From: Micavibrio sp.
GTDB taxonomy: Bacteria > Pseudomonadota > Alphaproteobacteria > Micavibrionales > Micavibrionaceae
Length of the DNA stretch: 64,000 nucleotides
Reading direction: 5' to 3'
Assembly: GCA_030824965.1 (NCBI GenBank)
Contig: JAPJQV010000009.1
Location: forward strand, 7,164-71,163
Numbering within the stretch: position 1 is the stretch's first letter; every line of letters starts with the position of its first letter. Position numbers and translations under genes: made by a program. Of this stretch, positions 47,767-57,841 are shown one piece after another. The notes under the pieces are model-generated. The model ran no database searches. It was not told the origin of the DNA and worked only from the letters and a program-made list of their open reading frames with translations.

Positions 47767-48002
47767 TTTTAGCACCTTTGATTGGTTGTTGAGGGTCCAC
47801 AACTAATCAAGAAAAACTGATTTGGTTCCTGTTATTTAAGGAACCATGTCCTGGGGTCTCGACGCATAGGCGACTTCGGGAAAGTCGCGTTCGTCGATAA
47901 TTTCAGATTTCTCAACTGAAGGAGGAGGATCTTTGGCTAAGGCAAAATTCTTCGGAAGATAACTCTGAGCTATGGACGATTGAGTTGGGGGCGACCATAA
48001 TT

Positions 48003-48230
48003 CTATTTTAGCGTGCATGTGAAACTTTCCTGTTGGTTATCATGTTTTGGGGCGGGCAGTGGGCTGCCTTCTAGGTCTTCGATGCAAATACCGCATTGTT
48101 TCTTCCGGCCACTCAGATATTCTAAAACCGTTTCCCAGTCTTTCTCCCATGAAGGGTCGTAGGCAGGATGATTTAGCCGGTTCTCGACTTGCTTTTGAAA
48201 TATTACACGGCAGATGCAAACATAACCCAT
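48003..48230 (-). CDS. small Cys-containing protein, possibly bacterioferritin-associated ferredoxin-like (Bfd, 2Fe-2S)
   Basis: MGYVCICRVIF ... KKQCGIC fits the C-x-C ... C-x-x-C spacing of Bfd-type proteins; weak. Confidence 0.35.
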   Translation of the reverse strand: MGYVCICRVIFQKQVENRLNHPAYDPSWEKDWETVLEYLSGRKKQCGICIEDLEGSPLPAPKHDNQQESFTCTLK

Positions 48231-48290
48231 GCCTATTTATACGGAAAACCCTGAAATCCTGTCAAGAAACAGGGGCTCAGAGCGAAGTTA

Positions 48291-48319
48291 TTGACAGAAA
48301 GCCTTGATTTATCTATAAG
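48291..48319 (+). promoter_or_regulatory. sigma70-like promoter for rpsD: TTGACA-17 nt-TATAAG
   Basis: Hexamers and a 17-nt spacer read from sequence; about 100 nt upstream of the rpsD ATG. Confidence 0.4.
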
Positions 48320-48421
48320 ACGCCATTCCTGCAAAGACGGAAACGTCGTTGAACTGGCAATTAAGCCAAACTCAATCCCATCCGGGGACGCGGGACAACA
48401 ATAAAAAGAAAGAGAAGTAAA

Positions 48422-49033
48422 ATGGCCGGTAAACGCCTGTCTGCAAAACATAAAATTGATCGTCGCCTTGGTTGTAACCTTTGGGGCCGTCAGAAATCTC
48501 CTTACAACACACGTCAAACTGGACCAGGTATGCACGGCGCACAGCGCGGCAAGCCAACCGATTACGGTATCCAGCTTCGCGCGAAACAAAAGCTGAAAGG
48601 TTACTACGGTAACATTGGCGAAAAACAATTCCTGAAATATTACCATGAAGCGCTTCGCATGCGTGGCGATACAGGTCAAAACCTGATCGGTCTTCTTGAG
48701 CGTCGTCTGGATGCGGTTGTCTACCGCGCAAAATTCGTATCGACAGTTTTCGCGGCTCGCCAATTCGTTAGCCACTGTCACGTGACCGTAAACGGCAAAT
48801 CCGTTAACATTCCTTCTTACCTCGTTAAAGACGGCGATGTCATCGAAGTAAAGGAAAAGTCCAGACAATTAGCGGTTGTTATTGCGGCTGGTGAGTCTGC
48901 TGAGCGCGATACGCCTGATTACATCACTGTAGACGGTACAAAGGCGACTTACCTGCGTGCGCCGAAATTGGAAGATGTCCCATATCCCGTTCACATGGAA
49001 CCGAATTTGGTCGTCGAATTCTATTCTCGTTAA
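48422..49033 (+). CDS. rpsD: 30S ribosomal protein S4
   Basis: Full-length (203 aa) match to bS4 including the S4 RNA-binding domain ([34 protein letters not shown]). Confidence 0.95.
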   Translation: MAGKRLSAKHKIDRRLGCNLWGRQKSPYNTRQTGPGMHGAQRGKPTDYGIQLRAKQKLKGYYGNIGEKQFLKYYHEALRMRGDTGQNLIGLLERRLDAVVYRAKFVSTVFAARQFVSHCHVTVNGKSVNIPSYLVKDGDVIEVKEKSRQLAVVIAAGESAERDTPDYITVDGTKATYLRAPKLEDVPYPVHMEPNLVVEFYSR

Positions 49034-49055
49034 TTAGAGATCTTCAAGAAAATTA

Positions 49056-49089
49056 CAAAAAGTCGCTCATTTGGGCGGCTTTTTTATTT
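49056..49089. terminator. bidirectional terminator between convergent rpsD and trmJ-like genes
   Basis: AAAAA-AGTCGC-loop-GCGGCT-TTTTTATTT read from sequence (one G-U pair in the stem). Confidence 0.5.
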
Positions 49090-49818
49090 AAGGTTTTTTC
49101 CTAACAGAGCTGAAATAACGCCATGGAAAGTTTTTACTTCTTGATCTGTAGGCGCGCCACGACTTAAAAAATTCCTTATATTTCTGATCATTGTCTCTTT
49201 CATTTCAGGTGATTTAAAAAAGCGCCTTGTTTCCAGTTCCATCTCAAGTCTTTCCAATAAGTCATTGAAGTCTTTTGCTTTTGCTGGAAAGCTTTTGCCT
49301 GTTGGGAGTCTATATTCTTCATATTCTGCTAACGAATAAAATTCATACGCAATGAGAAGGGCCGCTTGGCCTAAATTAAGAGAATTGAAATCAGGATTAA
49401 GTGGAATTGAGATGTGGTCATGGCAAAGTGCAATTTCTTCGTTATTAAGACCGGTTCTTTCTCTTCCAAATAAAACAGCTACTTGCTGTCCATTGTTAAT
49501 TCGTTGTCTCATATCCGAAACGGCTCTGCGGGCAGTCAAGACAGGCTTGACCATGTCTCTAATATCGGCGGCGGTAGCATAAACATAGTGGCAATCGGCT
49601 ATGGCTTCCCGCACAGTATCGAAAACTTTTACAGGGCTAATCAAGTCGAGTGCCCCGGCTGACATCGCATTTGCTCTTTCATTCGGCCAGCCATCACGGG
49701 GATTAACAATTCTCATATCGCGAAAGCCGCAATTGAGCATAGCCCGTGTACAAGCTCCTATATTTTCGCCCATTTGAGGCTCTACTAAGATGAAAAGCGG
49801 GGTGTTTGGGAGACTCAT
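49084..49818 (-). CDS. trmJ: tRNA (cytidine/uridine-2'-O-)-methyltransferase, SpoU/TrmH family, TrmJ-like
   Basis: LVEPQMGENIGACTRAM ... VLFGRERTGLNNEEIALCHDHISIPLNPDFNSLNLGQAALLIAYE matches TrmJ motifs. Confidence 0.8.
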   Translation of the reverse strand: MSLPNTPLFILVEPQMGENIGACTRAMLNCGFRDMRIVNPRDGWPNERANAMSAGALDLISPVKVFDTVREAIADCHYVYATAADIRDMVKPVLTARRAVSDMRQRINNGQQVAVLFGRERTGLNNEEIALCHDHISIPLNPDFNSLNLGQAALLIAYEFYSLAEYEEYRLPTGKSFPAKAKDFNDLLERLEMELETRRFFKSPEMKETMIRNIRNFLSRGAPTDQEVKTFHGVISALLGKNLK

Positions 49819-49902
49819 CGATAAAATTTGATTATAATTTTCATAAAAATTTGCTTTTTACTTATTTTTAAGGTAGCATGCTTCCACACTCAATAAACGA
49901 GG

Positions 49903-50157
49903 ATGACCATGATGGCAACGATGTTTAAAAATTATGAGTTACCTAAATCTCCATCCCCGCATTTCGATATTTTCGCGGCATTCGAAAAATTGGATACCAA
50001 TCGCAAATTGGCGCTGGTTGATCAGCTTTTTCATTCCGGTAATCATGCCTATTTCAATATGATCCAAAAATTCTGGCCGGATGCTAATGAAATGGATTCC
50101 GCAAAGCTTGAAAGGCTACTTCGAGCCCGCATTGAGCGCACTCTTCAGGCACAATAA
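49903..50157 (+). CDS. hypothetical small protein (84 aa)
   Basis: Intact ORF followed by a clean terminator; no recognisable motif. Confidence 0.4.
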   Translation: MTMMATMFKNYELPKSPSPHFDIFAAFEKLDTNRKLALVDQLFHSGNHAYFNMIQKFWPDANEMDSAKLERLLRARIERTLQAQ

Positions 50158-50185
50158 TAGTATTTCCTCCTGACATGATATGAAA

Positions 50186-50210
50186 GACCCGGCAATAGCC
50201 GGGTTTTTTA
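50186..50210. terminator. rho-independent terminator (CCCGGC-aata-GCCGGG-TTTTTT)
   Basis: Read from sequence between the 84-aa ORF and the convergent gltX. Confidence 0.6.
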
Positions 50211-50212
50211 TA

Positions 50213-51556
50213 TTAAGCTGCTTTTTTCTGAAGCCGTTCCTTGGCTTTTTCCGCCCCGATCAGGGGTAAAAGATCGCGTAGTTCAGGACCGTGATCCATA
50301 CCTGTAAGGGCTTTGCGTAAAGGCATGAAAAGCTCTTTGCCTTTTTTACCTGTCGCCTCTTTGATCGAATCCGTCCATGTTTTCCATGTTTCGGTTGTCC
50401 ATGGCTCGGCAGGCATAAGCTCTACAGCTTGTATAGCAAAGGCATCATCTTCTACGACAGGCGTGACTGGGCCTTTCGCGACCTGCCACCAGTCTTTGAT
50501 TTCTCGGAAAAGGTTTAAATTCGCCCGGACTGAATTCCAAAAATTCTCGTCCAGTTCTTCAAGGCCCATATCTTTAAGCCGGTCTTGCACCTTTTCGTAG
50601 GGCATTTCATGAATGATTTTCGCATTCAATCGCTCCAGCTCATCTGTATCGAATTTAGGCGTACCGCGTCCGAATTTGGAAAAATCAAAAGATTCTATCA
50701 AAGGCTCGTAACTTGTAAACGGTTCGATGGGGTCGGATGTACCAAGCCGTGCCATTAGGCTCGGAATTGCCATGGCTTCAAGGCCTTCTTCATCGCGCAG
50801 GTCAAAAACGCTTATAGAGCCCATGCGTTTGGACAATTTCCCGCCTTGCGGATCGGAGAGAAGTGACAGGTGAGCGAATTGTGGCGGGGTATAGCCCAAA
50901 GCTTCAAACATCTGGATATGGGATGCTGTATTTGTGACATGGTCTTCGCCACGCACGATATGCGTAATGTTAAAATCCATATCGTCGATAACGGAGCACA
51001 GGTGATAAAGTGGTGTACCATCTTCGCGAATTAAAACCGGATCGGATAGGCCGGCGCCGTCGAATTCGACATCGCCGCGAACCAGATCATGCCAGTTGAT
51101 TTTGGTCGGGTTCATTTTGAAGCGCCAATGCGGTTTACGCCCTTCGTCCTCGTATTTCTTTTTTTGCTCTTCCGTCAGGTTTAAAGAAGCGCGGTCATAA
51201 ATAGGCGGCTGGCCTTGCGATAGCTGTGCCTTGCGTTTCAGGCCTAATTCATCCGGCGTTTCATAACAGGCATATAAACGTCCATCTTTTTTCAGTTGTT
51301 CAATGATGACGTTGTACCGGTCAAGACGTTTGCTCTGCCAGGCTTCTTCATCCCAGTCGAGGCCTAGCCATGCCAGGCTTTCCCGGATCGCGTCTTCATA
51401 TTCTTTCTTTGAACGTTCTAGATCGGTATCATCGATACGTAAAAGATAATGCCCTTTATTTTTCTTGGCAAAAAGCCATGTGATTAGGGCTGTGCGGACA
51501 TTACCGACATGCAGCATGCCGGTAGGAGAGGGAGCAAAGCGAACGCGAACTGTCAT
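50213..51556 (-). CDS. gltX: glutamate--tRNA ligase
   Basis: RFAPSPTGMLHVGNVRTAL HIGH-region and a KLSKR (KMSKS-type) motif; 447 aa. Confidence 0.95.
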   Translation of the reverse strand: MTVRVRFAPSPTGMLHVGNVRTALITWLFAKKNKGHYLLRIDDTDLERSKKEYEDAIRESLAWLGLDWDEEAWQSKRLDRYNVIIEQLKKDGRLYACYETPDELGLKRKAQLSQGQPPIYDRASLNLTEEQKKKYEDEGRKPHWRFKMNPTKINWHDLVRGDVEFDGAGLSDPVLIREDGTPLYHLCSVIDDMDFNITHIVRGEDHVTNTASHIQMFEALGYTPPQFAHLSLLSDPQGGKLSKRMGSISVFDLRDEEGLEAMAIPSLMARLGTSDPIEPFTSYEPLIESFDFSKFGRGTPKFDTDELERLNAKIIHEMPYEKVQDRLKDMGLEELDENFWNSVRANLNLFREIKDWWQVAKGPVTPVVEDDAFAIQAVELMPAEPWTTETWKTWTDSIKEATGKKGKELFMPLRKALTGMDHGPELRDLLPLIGAEKAKERLQKKAA

Positions 51557-51578
51557 AAGTGGCTTTCTATAGAGTTAA

Positions 51579-53234
51579 TCAGGATTTTTCAATGTAACCG
51601 TTGACAATAGGATAACGACGATCGCGCCCAAATGCGCGGGAACTGAGTTTCGGGCCAGGTGCTGCCTGACGGCGTTTATATTCGGCGCGGTCAACCAATC
51701 GATTAACCTTGCGAACAGTGACCGGATCATGGCCGCGAGCTATCATATCTTCTACACCTAAATCGTCTTCGATCATACTTATCAGAATTTCATCGAGAAT
51801 ATCGTAAGGCGGGAGGGAGTCTTGGTCTTTTTGTCCTGGTTTCAATTCCGCTGTCGGTTCTTTTGTCAGGATACGCTCGTTGATAACTTCGCCCTCAGGT
51901 CCTAGCGCATCGACAGGTTTTGCCGCATTGCGCCATGTGGCAAGGTTGTAAACCTGAGTCTTATATAAATCCTTTAATGGATTAAAGCCGCCGCACATAT
52001 CACCGTAGAGCGTTGCATACCCAACCGCAACTTCACTTTTGTTTCCGGTTGTCAAAACCATAGCGCCATTTTGGTTCGACATGGACATCAAAATCGTGCC
52101 GCGAATGCGTGACTGCAGGTTTTCATGCGCCAGACCGGATAATCCCGGCAGAGAAGTTTCAAAACCTTTCATTACCGGTTCAATGGAAACCGTCTCGAAA
52201 TTGACGCCAAGTTTGCGAGCGCAATCTGTTGCGTCGGAAATACTTTCTTCAGAAGTATAAGGTGAGGGCATCATCACGCATTTTACATTGGCAGATCCCA
52301 GAGCATCTGTTGAGATTGCGGCGACGAGTGCGCTATCTATACCGCCTGACATACCAATCAGCACGTTATTCATGCCACTTTTGCGCACATAGTCGCGAGT
52401 GGCAAGCATGGCCGCCTGATATAAAGATTCTGTTTCCGGGTGAATAGGATGCATGTCTTCTGTGGCAATCAGCCAGTTACCGTTGGCACGCCGTTCGACG
52501 AGGGTCAGATCCTGAAACTCTTCTACAAATTCTTCGCATTGAAGGATGACTTGGCCGGTTTCGTTCATCATAAAGCTCGCACCGTCGAAGATCAGTTCAT
52601 CCTGTCCGCCGAACTGGTTGACATAGATAAGCGGAAGACCTGTTTTTGTCGCCCGTAATCTTGCATGCTGGTAACGAATGTCATGTTTATGGCCATCATA
52701 AGGACTGGCATTGGTGACGATAAGTATATCCGCCCCTTTGGCTTTTAAGTTATCGGCAACTTCCGGATACCACATGTCTTCACAGATCATGACACCGAGT
52801 TTCAATCCCATAAAAGACATAGGCTCCGGTAAAGGGCCGGGCTTGAAATAACGGTGTTCGTCGAATATGCCGTAATTGGGCAAATCATGCTTGGTCTGAG
52901 TTGCCAGAATATAACCCTGATGAATTAAATGAACAGCATTATAAAGGCATTTATTTTCCCGGTTCCATGAAGGTGCCGTAATAAGCATGGCAGCGGCGCG
53001 TCCGCGGCTTTCGTCAACTAAAGTCTCAATGACTTGATCGACTTCCTTTAAAAATGACTGCTTTAGTAGAAGGTCTTCAGGTGGATAACCTGTCACGACC
53101 AATTCCGGAAAGACGATCAGGTTTGTATGCTTCGGCGCTTCGTCACGTACGCGACGGATCAAATCAAGGTTGCCTTGAAGATCTCCGATTTTTGTATTGA
53201 TCTGTGCGATAGTTATGACGAAGGGCTTATCCAT
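51579..53234 (-). CDS. nadE: NAD+ synthase (glutamine-hydrolysing), CN-hydrolase plus NAD-synthetase domains
   Basis: N-terminal nitrilase-like domain (VFPELVVTGYPPED) and C-terminal SGGIDS PP-loop motif; 551 aa. Confidence 0.9.
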   Translation of the reverse strand: MDKPFVITIAQINTKIGDLQGNLDLIRRVRDEAPKHTNLIVFPELVVTGYPPEDLLLKQSFLKEVDQVIETLVDESRGRAAAMLITAPSWNRENKCLYNAVHLIHQGYILATQTKHDLPNYGIFDEHRYFKPGPLPEPMSFMGLKLGVMICEDMWYPEVADNLKAKGADILIVTNASPYDGHKHDIRYQHARLRATKTGLPLIYVNQFGGQDELIFDGASFMMNETGQVILQCEEFVEEFQDLTLVERRANGNWLIATEDMHPIHPETESLYQAAMLATRDYVRKSGMNNVLIGMSGGIDSALVAAISTDALGSANVKCVMMPSPYTSEESISDATDCARKLGVNFETVSIEPVMKGFETSLPGLSGLAHENLQSRIRGTILMSMSNQNGAMVLTTGNKSEVAVGYATLYGDMCGGFNPLKDLYKTQVYNLATWRNAAKPVDALGPEGEVINERILTKEPTAELKPGQKDQDSLPPYDILDEILISMIEDDLGVEDMIARGHDPVTVRKVNRLVDRAEYKRRQAAPGPKLSSRAFGRDRRYPIVNGYIEKS

Positions 53235-53236
53235 TG

Positions 53237-54625
53237 TTACTCCGCCGCTTGTAAAAGATTAAGCTTTTTATCCTTACGAATGGCTTTCAATTCATCTGCA
53301 ACGAGGAAAGCTAGTTCGACGGCCTGTGCTGCGTTCAGACGAGGGTCGCAGAATGTATGGTAACGATCAGCCAGATTTTCTTCCGTTACTTCGGAAAGCC
53401 CGCCAACACATTCGGTTACATTCTGCCCGGTCATTTCGGTGTGAATACCCCCCGGGATTGTGCCTTCGGTTTTATGAACGGTGAAGAAGTCGCGTACTTC
53501 GCTCATGATATCGTCGAAGCGGCGGGTTTTATAGCCTGTCGAGGATTTCATCGTGTTGCCGTGCATCGGATCGGAAACCCATGTAACGATACGGCCTTCG
53601 CGTTTTACTGCTTGCACCAAAGGTGTCAGCTTATCAATCACATGTCCAGCACCCATACGCGCGATCAAAGTCAACCGGCCCGGTTCGTTTTCCGGATTGA
53701 GGCGATCAATCTGGCGAATAAGCGTATCGGCATCAAGATTAGGAGGGCATTTCAAACCGAGAGGGTTTTTGATACCGCGAACGAATTCGATCTGGGCATG
53801 ATCGTCCTGATTGGTTCGTGCGCCGATCCAAAGGAAATGAGCGGATGTGTCATACCAATCGCCGCTGGTACTATCGATGCGGGTCATCGCCTGCTCATAA
53901 GGAAGAAGCAAAGCCTCATGACATGTGTAGAAATCAGTTTGCTTCAACATGTGCGGAACGGTTTGCTTTGTAAAACCGCATGCCGTCATGAAATCAAGAG
54001 CTTGTTCGATTTGGTTGGCCAATTTCTGGTAACGCTCGGTTGTTTCATTCTGCTGGATGAATTCCAAATTCCATTTATTAATGGAATGAAGATCTGCATA
54101 ACCGCCTGTTGCAAAAGCGCGTAGCAAATTGAGCGTTGCGGCAGACTGGTTATAAGCCCGTAGCATTCTCCAAGGATTAGGTTCGCGGCTTTCTGCGTTG
54201 AAATCATATCCATTGATAATATCGCCGCGATAAACAGGCAGGGTTTTGCCATCAATGGTTTCTGTGCCTTCGGAGCGCGGCTTGGCGAATTGTCCCGCCA
54301 TGCGTCCCATTTTGACAACCGGGATCGATCCGGCAAATGTCATGACGACCGACATCTGCAAAAGAACGCGGAACGTATCGCGAATTTTGTTCGCGCCAAA
54401 TTCGGAAAAGCTTTCGGCGCAATCGCCGCCCTGCAATACAAACGAATTACCAAGCGCTGCATCGGCTAGTTGAGCTTTAAGCGCCCGTGCTTCACCGGCG
54501 AAAACCAGCGGCGGCATTTTGGCGAGATCTTTCTCGGCTGCCGCTAAGGCGCTTTCATCCGAGTAAGTGGGCAATTGCTTGGCTGGCTTGAGGCGCCAGC
54601 TATCCGGAGACCATTTTTCTTTCAT
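53237..54625 (-). CDS. 3-deoxy-7-phosphoheptulonate (DAHP) synthase, class II
   Basis: 462 aa, class II AroA(II) architecture ([17 protein letters not shown] near the N-terminus). Confidence 0.9.
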   Translation of the reverse strand: MKEKWSPDSWRLKPAKQLPTYSDESALAAAEKDLAKMPPLVFAGEARALKAQLADAALGNSFVLQGGDCAESFSEFGANKIRDTFRVLLQMSVVMTFAGSIPVVKMGRMAGQFAKPRSEGTETIDGKTLPVYRGDIINGYDFNAESREPNPWRMLRAYNQSAATLNLLRAFATGGYADLHSINKWNLEFIQQNETTERYQKLANQIEQALDFMTACGFTKQTVPHMLKQTDFYTCHEALLLPYEQAMTRIDSTSGDWYDTSAHFLWIGARTNQDDHAQIEFVRGIKNPLGLKCPPNLDADTLIRQIDRLNPENEPGRLTLIARMGAGHVIDKLTPLVQAVKREGRIVTWVSDPMHGNTMKSSTGYKTRRFDDIMSEVRDFFTVHKTEGTIPGGIHTEMTGQNVTECVGGLSEVTEENLADRYHTFCDPRLNAAQAVELAFLVADELKAIRKDKKLNLLQAAE

Positions 54626-54646
54626 GATTTCAAAGAATTAGGCCAT

Positions 54647-56014
54647 TTATCCTCGTTTCGCAAGTGTTTCCGGCGAATGCAGTACTGCTCTGGCATGTAA
54701 AAAGATGAATTCTTCTGCCGTCGTCGGATGAACCGGTAAAGTGGAGTCAAAATTAGCCTTGGTCGCCCCGGCGTTCAGCGCAATTCCGGCCATTTGGATC
54801 AATTCCCCGGCGCCCGGTCCAGCCATATGAACGCCCAAAACTTTATCTGTATTTGCGCAGACAATCAGCTTGATAAGAACTTTGGACTCCAACCCGGTGA
54901 TCGTATGTCGAAGGGGACGGAAGGTTGATTTATAAACGATATGGGCAATGTTCTTTTTTGCGGCCTGCTGCTCGGTCAATCCGATAGTGCCGATTTCAGG
55001 TTTTGAAAAAACAGCGGTCGGTATCAGATCGAAATTCGTGTAGCGAACTTTAGCCTTAAAAAGAGTATCCGCAAGAGCATGGCCCTGGGCGATGGCAACA
55101 GGAGTTAATTGCGGCGAACTTGTAACGTCACCGATGGCATAGATATGAGACTGGGACGTGACATATTCATTACTGATTTTAATATGCCCTTTATCGTCCA
55201 ATTCAATGCCAGCTTTATCCAGATCTAATCCATCTATATGCGGGGTGCGGCCAGTCGCTGCCATCACCAAATCCGTGGAAACAGTTTCCCCATCATCAAA
55301 GATAACTGAATTTTTCGTGATCTCTATGACTTTTTTATTCATTAGAAAAGTGATGCCTTGCTTCCTCATCTCGTCAAGCAAGTGGTCCTGAATATCGATA
55401 TCGAAGCCTTTCAGCAAGAATTCGCCGCGATGGACGATGGTTACGTCACAACCGATACCGTGCAAAATATGCGCGAATTCCAGCGCGATATATCCGGCGC
55501 CCAAGATAAGGATATTCTTTGGAAGTTCTGCGAGCGCGAACATATCGTCGGACGTCATGGCGAATTCCGCGCCTTTGATATCAGGTTTTTGCGGCTTGCC
55601 GCCAACCGCGATTAAAATACGTTCGGCTGTAATTTCTTTATCGCCGATTTGAATTGTATTTTTGTCTTTGAAAGAGGCGAAGCCTTCGAATATCTCGACT
55701 TTGTTGATGTTCAGAATGTTGCGGTAAATGCCGCTCAGACGCGAAATTTCCTTATCCTTATTTTCTTTTAAAGTCTTCCATTCAAATCGGGAGGATGAAG
55801 ACCAGCCGTAATTTTTAGCTTCTGCCATATCCGTGCCGTAATCGGCGGCGTATGAAAAGATTTTTTTCGGGATGCAACCAACATTGACACATGTCCCGCC
55901 GAAATGAGTAGCCTCGGCAATGCCGACTTTTGCCCCAAGTGAGGCAGCGATACGAGCGGAGCGAACGCCGCCAGAACCTGCGCCAATCACGAAATAATCG
56001 AAATCATAAGCCAT
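54647..56014 (-). CDS. gor: glutathione-disulfide reductase (FAD/NAD(P)-dependent pyridine nucleotide-disulfide oxidoreductase)
   Basis: GAGSGG FAD motif, redox-active CVNVGC disulfide, C-terminal dimerisation domain with HPT motif; 455 aa. Confidence 0.8.
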   Translation of the reverse strand: MAYDFDYFVIGAGSGGVRSARIAASLGAKVGIAEATHFGGTCVNVGCIPKKIFSYAADYGTDMAEAKNYGWSSSSRFEWKTLKENKDKEISRLSGIYRNILNINKVEIFEGFASFKDKNTIQIGDKEITAERILIAVGGKPQKPDIKGAEFAMTSDDMFALAELPKNILILGAGYIALEFAHILHGIGCDVTIVHRGEFLLKGFDIDIQDHLLDEMRKQGITFLMNKKVIEITKNSVIFDDGETVSTDLVMAATGRTPHIDGLDLDKAGIELDDKGHIKISNEYVTSQSHIYAIGDVTSSPQLTPVAIAQGHALADTLFKAKVRYTNFDLIPTAVFSKPEIGTIGLTEQQAAKKNIAHIVYKSTFRPLRHTITGLESKVLIKLIVCANTDKVLGVHMAGPGAGELIQMAGIALNAGATKANFDSTLPVHPTTAEEFIFLHARAVLHSPETLAKRG

Positions 56015-56864
56015 CTTTATTTTTCCATCTGTTATGCAGCCATAACCATTGTCCGGGTCGGTCGGTAATCCATGCTTCCAGCATTATATGTGCTTCGGTG
56101 ATGACATCTTCAACCGTACGGCCGTTTATATTCATGGCTGGAAAAACAGTGATGTGAAAATTCGCGCCTTTGATCCGCTCGATGCGTGCCGGATGAAGAG
56201 GACAATCAAATTTTTGAGCCAGCTGGATAAACGCCGGACTGGTCATCGCTATGCGCCCAAAAAAAAGTGCGGCCAGACCCTGATTGTATTTCTGATCTAT
56301 CAAAATGCCTATATGACGCTTGGCTTTTAATGCAGCCATAACGTCACGCATGCCCTTTGAAGATTTAGGATAAGTCTTGATTTTTTCTCCCATACTACGG
56401 GATTCCTGAAGGATATCTTCGATATAAGGATTGTTCGGGGCGCGATAAATCAAATCAAGATGCATGCCGAGGAAGTAAGCATACGCTGCAGGAAGTTCCC
56501 AATTCGCCAGATGCCCGGTGAACAAAATACTTGGGCCGCCTGATTTAACGATATTTTTTATATACTCATCGCCAGTGGATGTAATGCGCTCGGCAGCGAT
56601 TTTTTCAAGATGCGGATACTCGGCAAAAGTACGCCCGAGATTATCCCACATGTCATAAATGATCTGTTTACATTCATCCTCTTTTTTATCAGGCAGTGCG
56701 GCTTTAATATTTCGCAATGCTTTACGGTTTACTGATAATTTGGGGCCGATGGACCGGGCAATAAATCCGCCTAAATCGGATGCATTATCGATGGATAAAC
56801 GTCTGAATAATCCGAACAGGGCTGAAACGAATATACCTTCTACGGCATAGCGAAAGGATTTCAT
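56004..56864 (-). CDS. lipid A biosynthesis lauroyl/myristoyl acyltransferase (LpxL/HtrB family)
   Basis: HLANWE motif (H-x4-E/D acyltransferase box) and HtrB-like length (286 aa); 11-nt overlap with gor and 4-nt overlap with lpxK. Confidence 0.8.
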   Translation of the reverse strand: MKSFRYAVEGIFVSALFGLFRRLSIDNASDLGGFIARSIGPKLSVNRKALRNIKAALPDKKEDECKQIIYDMWDNLGRTFAEYPHLEKIAAERITSTGDEYIKNIVKSGGPSILFTGHLANWELPAAYAYFLGMHLDLIYRAPNNPYIEDILQESRSMGEKIKTYPKSSKGMRDVMAALKAKRHIGILIDQKYNQGLAALFFGRIAMTSPAFIQLAQKFDCPLHPARIERIKGANFHITVFPAMNINGRTVEDVITEAHIMLEAWITDRPGQWLWLHNRWKNKDGL

Positions 56865-57841
56865 GATCCTAGTTTGCCTTTAATAAAGGCGACAATCGCT
56901 TCGGCCTCATGAAAAACGATTTCGACAGGTAAAACATCGACAAATTGCTTGCGGAAAAAATCGGGCAGGCGGGCAAAATCCTTCTCGGTGGTAATCAGTC
57001 TCGCATTTCTCTTTTCTGCAAGATTGCCGAGATCTACGATGTCCCTAGGTGTATAGCTGTGATGGTCGCCGAAAGACTTAAAATCGATGATATTCAACCC
57101 TTCATTTCTAAGAGAGGTTTCAAATTTCTGCGGAAAGCCGATGCCGCAAAACGCGATATAGGGCTGTTGCTTGGATAGATGAAAGTCGCTTTTTACTTTT
57201 AAAGTTGCATGAAAGACAGGTTTTCCGGATGGTAATTTTGACATTAAATCCTGTTTATCCGTGCCGATAAGAATGAAAGCATCCGTCAGGGCATATCCGT
57301 CTTCCAAAGGCTGGCGAAGAGGGCCTTGTGGGACCACGGCCTCGTTACCAAAGCCCATCCTTCCATCGACAACGCAAAAAGTAATATCCTTAGAAAGGGA
57401 ATAATTTTGCATCCCATCATCCATAAGGATAAGGTCGGCTTCCAGATTTTGTGCCAGAATTCCTCCGGCGTAACGGTTTTTCGATACGATGGTCGGGGCA
57501 TACCGGGATAGCAAAAGCGCTTCATCGCCCCAAAGGGCAGGGTCATGCGTATCGTCAACGCGTTCCGGCCCTGATATTTTTCCGCGATATCCACGTGTCA
57601 GGAAAAATGGAGACAAAGATATTTTTGAAGACTGAATAAGTTGCAAAAGAGCTATCGCAGTTGGTGTTTTACCACTGCCGCCCGAGACGATATTACCGAT
57701 ACATATAACAGGAATGGCAAGCTTTTGTGGGGTCGACCTTGCCCGATGACGGCGGCCGAGTTTTGTATACATATCGGCAAGCGGCGATAATATCGCTTCT
57801 AGGCCGGATGTTTTTTTGTACCAGAAGCCGGGAGTTTTCAT
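56861..57841 (-). CDS. lpxK: tetraacyldisaccharide 4'-kinase
   Basis: P-loop IGNIVSGGSGKTP and LpxK length (326 aa). Confidence 0.9.
   Translation of the reverse strand: MKTPGFWYKKTSGLEAILSPLADMYTKLGRRHRARSTPQKLAIPVICIGNIVSGGSGKTPTAIALLQLIQSSKISLSPFFLTRGYRGKISGPERVDDTHDPALWGDEALLLSRYAPTIVSKNRYAGGILAQNLEADLILMDDGMQNYSLSKDITFCVVDGRMGFGNEAVVPQGPLRQPLEDGYALTDAFILIGTDKQDLMSKLPSGKPVFHATLKVKSDFHLSKQQPYIAFCGIGFPQKFETSLRNEGLNIIDFKSFGDHHSYTPRDIVDLGNLAEKRNARLITTEKDFARLPDFFRKQFVDVLPVEIVFHEAEAIVAFIKGKLGS

Noticed and set aside
47836-48018. 60-aa ORF between the ferritin-like gene and the Bfd-like ORF
   Set aside because: No SD, no motif, proline-rich low-complexity translation; probably non-coding promoter/leader DNA.
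53357-54124. 255-aa plus-strand ORF opposite the DAHP synthase gene
   Set aside because: Embedded antisense to a highly conserved enzyme gene; translation lacks any recognisable domain.
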